This document shows, in pieces, positions 63,642-64,000 of a stretch of DNA of 64,000 bases (its first letter is position 1; every line of letters begins with the position of its first letter). Source of the DNA: Kudoa neothunni (Eukaryota > Animalia > Cnidaria); the NCBI GenBank assembly GCA_964304625.1, contig OZ199838.1, positions 9,265,245-9,329,244 of the forward strand, in the 5' to 3' direction. The notes beneath the pieces are model-generated. The model saw nothing but the letters and a program-made list of their open reading frames with translations, did no database searches and had not been told where the DNA came from. Both the position numbers and the translations under genes were made by a program.

Positions 63642-64000
63642 TTAAACATTAACGTTGATAGCATATAATGAAGTTTTGGTTAGAACAATTACTTTTGAAG
63701 CCAGAATGGTTGCTCCAATAGGACGTTCACGTACGTTGAATGAAGATTGCCGAGCTTTGGGTTGTTGTGAGGACGCTAGATTTGGATTCTCGTACACAAA
63801 CACATGTCCATTACAATCCACAATGACGTAATATCGTTGAGTAGTTCGTTCTACAAACCTGAATACCGTGTCGCGTTTTGTAGCTGCTATATAGGCCAAA
63901 GCGTGAAACGTGGTTTCGTGAACCACCGAAAGAGATTGATTTTGGTTACTCACACTCCACACAATACCATCTTCCATATTATCCATACAAATATTGAAAC
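63642..64000 (-). CDS. NUDCD1: NudC domain-containing protein 1, C-terminal part (gene continues beyond the window)
   Basis: DGIVW...HETTFHALAYIAATKRD..F...DCNGHVFVY...ARQ...PIG....VIVLTKTSLY matches the NUDCD1 C-terminal pattern (TFNALGYVQASKRD, RVFIY, LFVLT). Confidence 0.88.
   Translation of the reverse strand, partial: FNICMDNMEDGIVWSVSNQNQSLSVVHETTFHALAYIAATKRDTVFRFVERTTQRYYVIVDCNGHVFVYENPNLASSQQPKARQSSFNVRERPIGATILASKVIVLTKTSLYAINVNV

Overview
Very AT-rich eukaryotic genomic DNA, not prokaryotic. Divergent housekeeping genes with mostly 30-60 nt GT-AG introns sit in tight islands, separated by intergenic blocks and a few long introns full of DNA transposons. The gene content and divergence suggest a fast-evolving compact animal genome such as a myxozoan or orthonectid parasite; this is inference only. 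Genes rebuilt by hand-splicing: the 3' part of TCP1/CCT-alpha, an SRSF4/5/6-type SR protein, a divergent class-II-like eIF4E, PI4KA (~12 kb), an SRGAP-like F-BAR/RhoGAP, an unannotated 115-aa six-exon membrane protein, a kinase-less Mad3/BubR1, ASNSD1, RAB5IF/OPTI, a Pkr1-like 2-TM protein, EXOSC7 and the 3' end of NUDCD1. Mobile DNA comprises two decayed piggyBacs plus a piggyBac-type MITE, several pogo/Tigger elements, IS630/Tc1 (DD34E), Merlin, Buster-type hAT MITEs, Helitrons and unclassified inverted-repeat elements. The most notable observations are host-sized spliceosomal intron(s) inside transposase genes, a piggyBac end sitting on the NUDCD1 stop codon, a single long intron at the ancient SRSF5 unproductive-splicing position, Mad3-type kinase loss, and operon-like gene spacing. 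All family calls are from motif recognition by eye; no searches were run.
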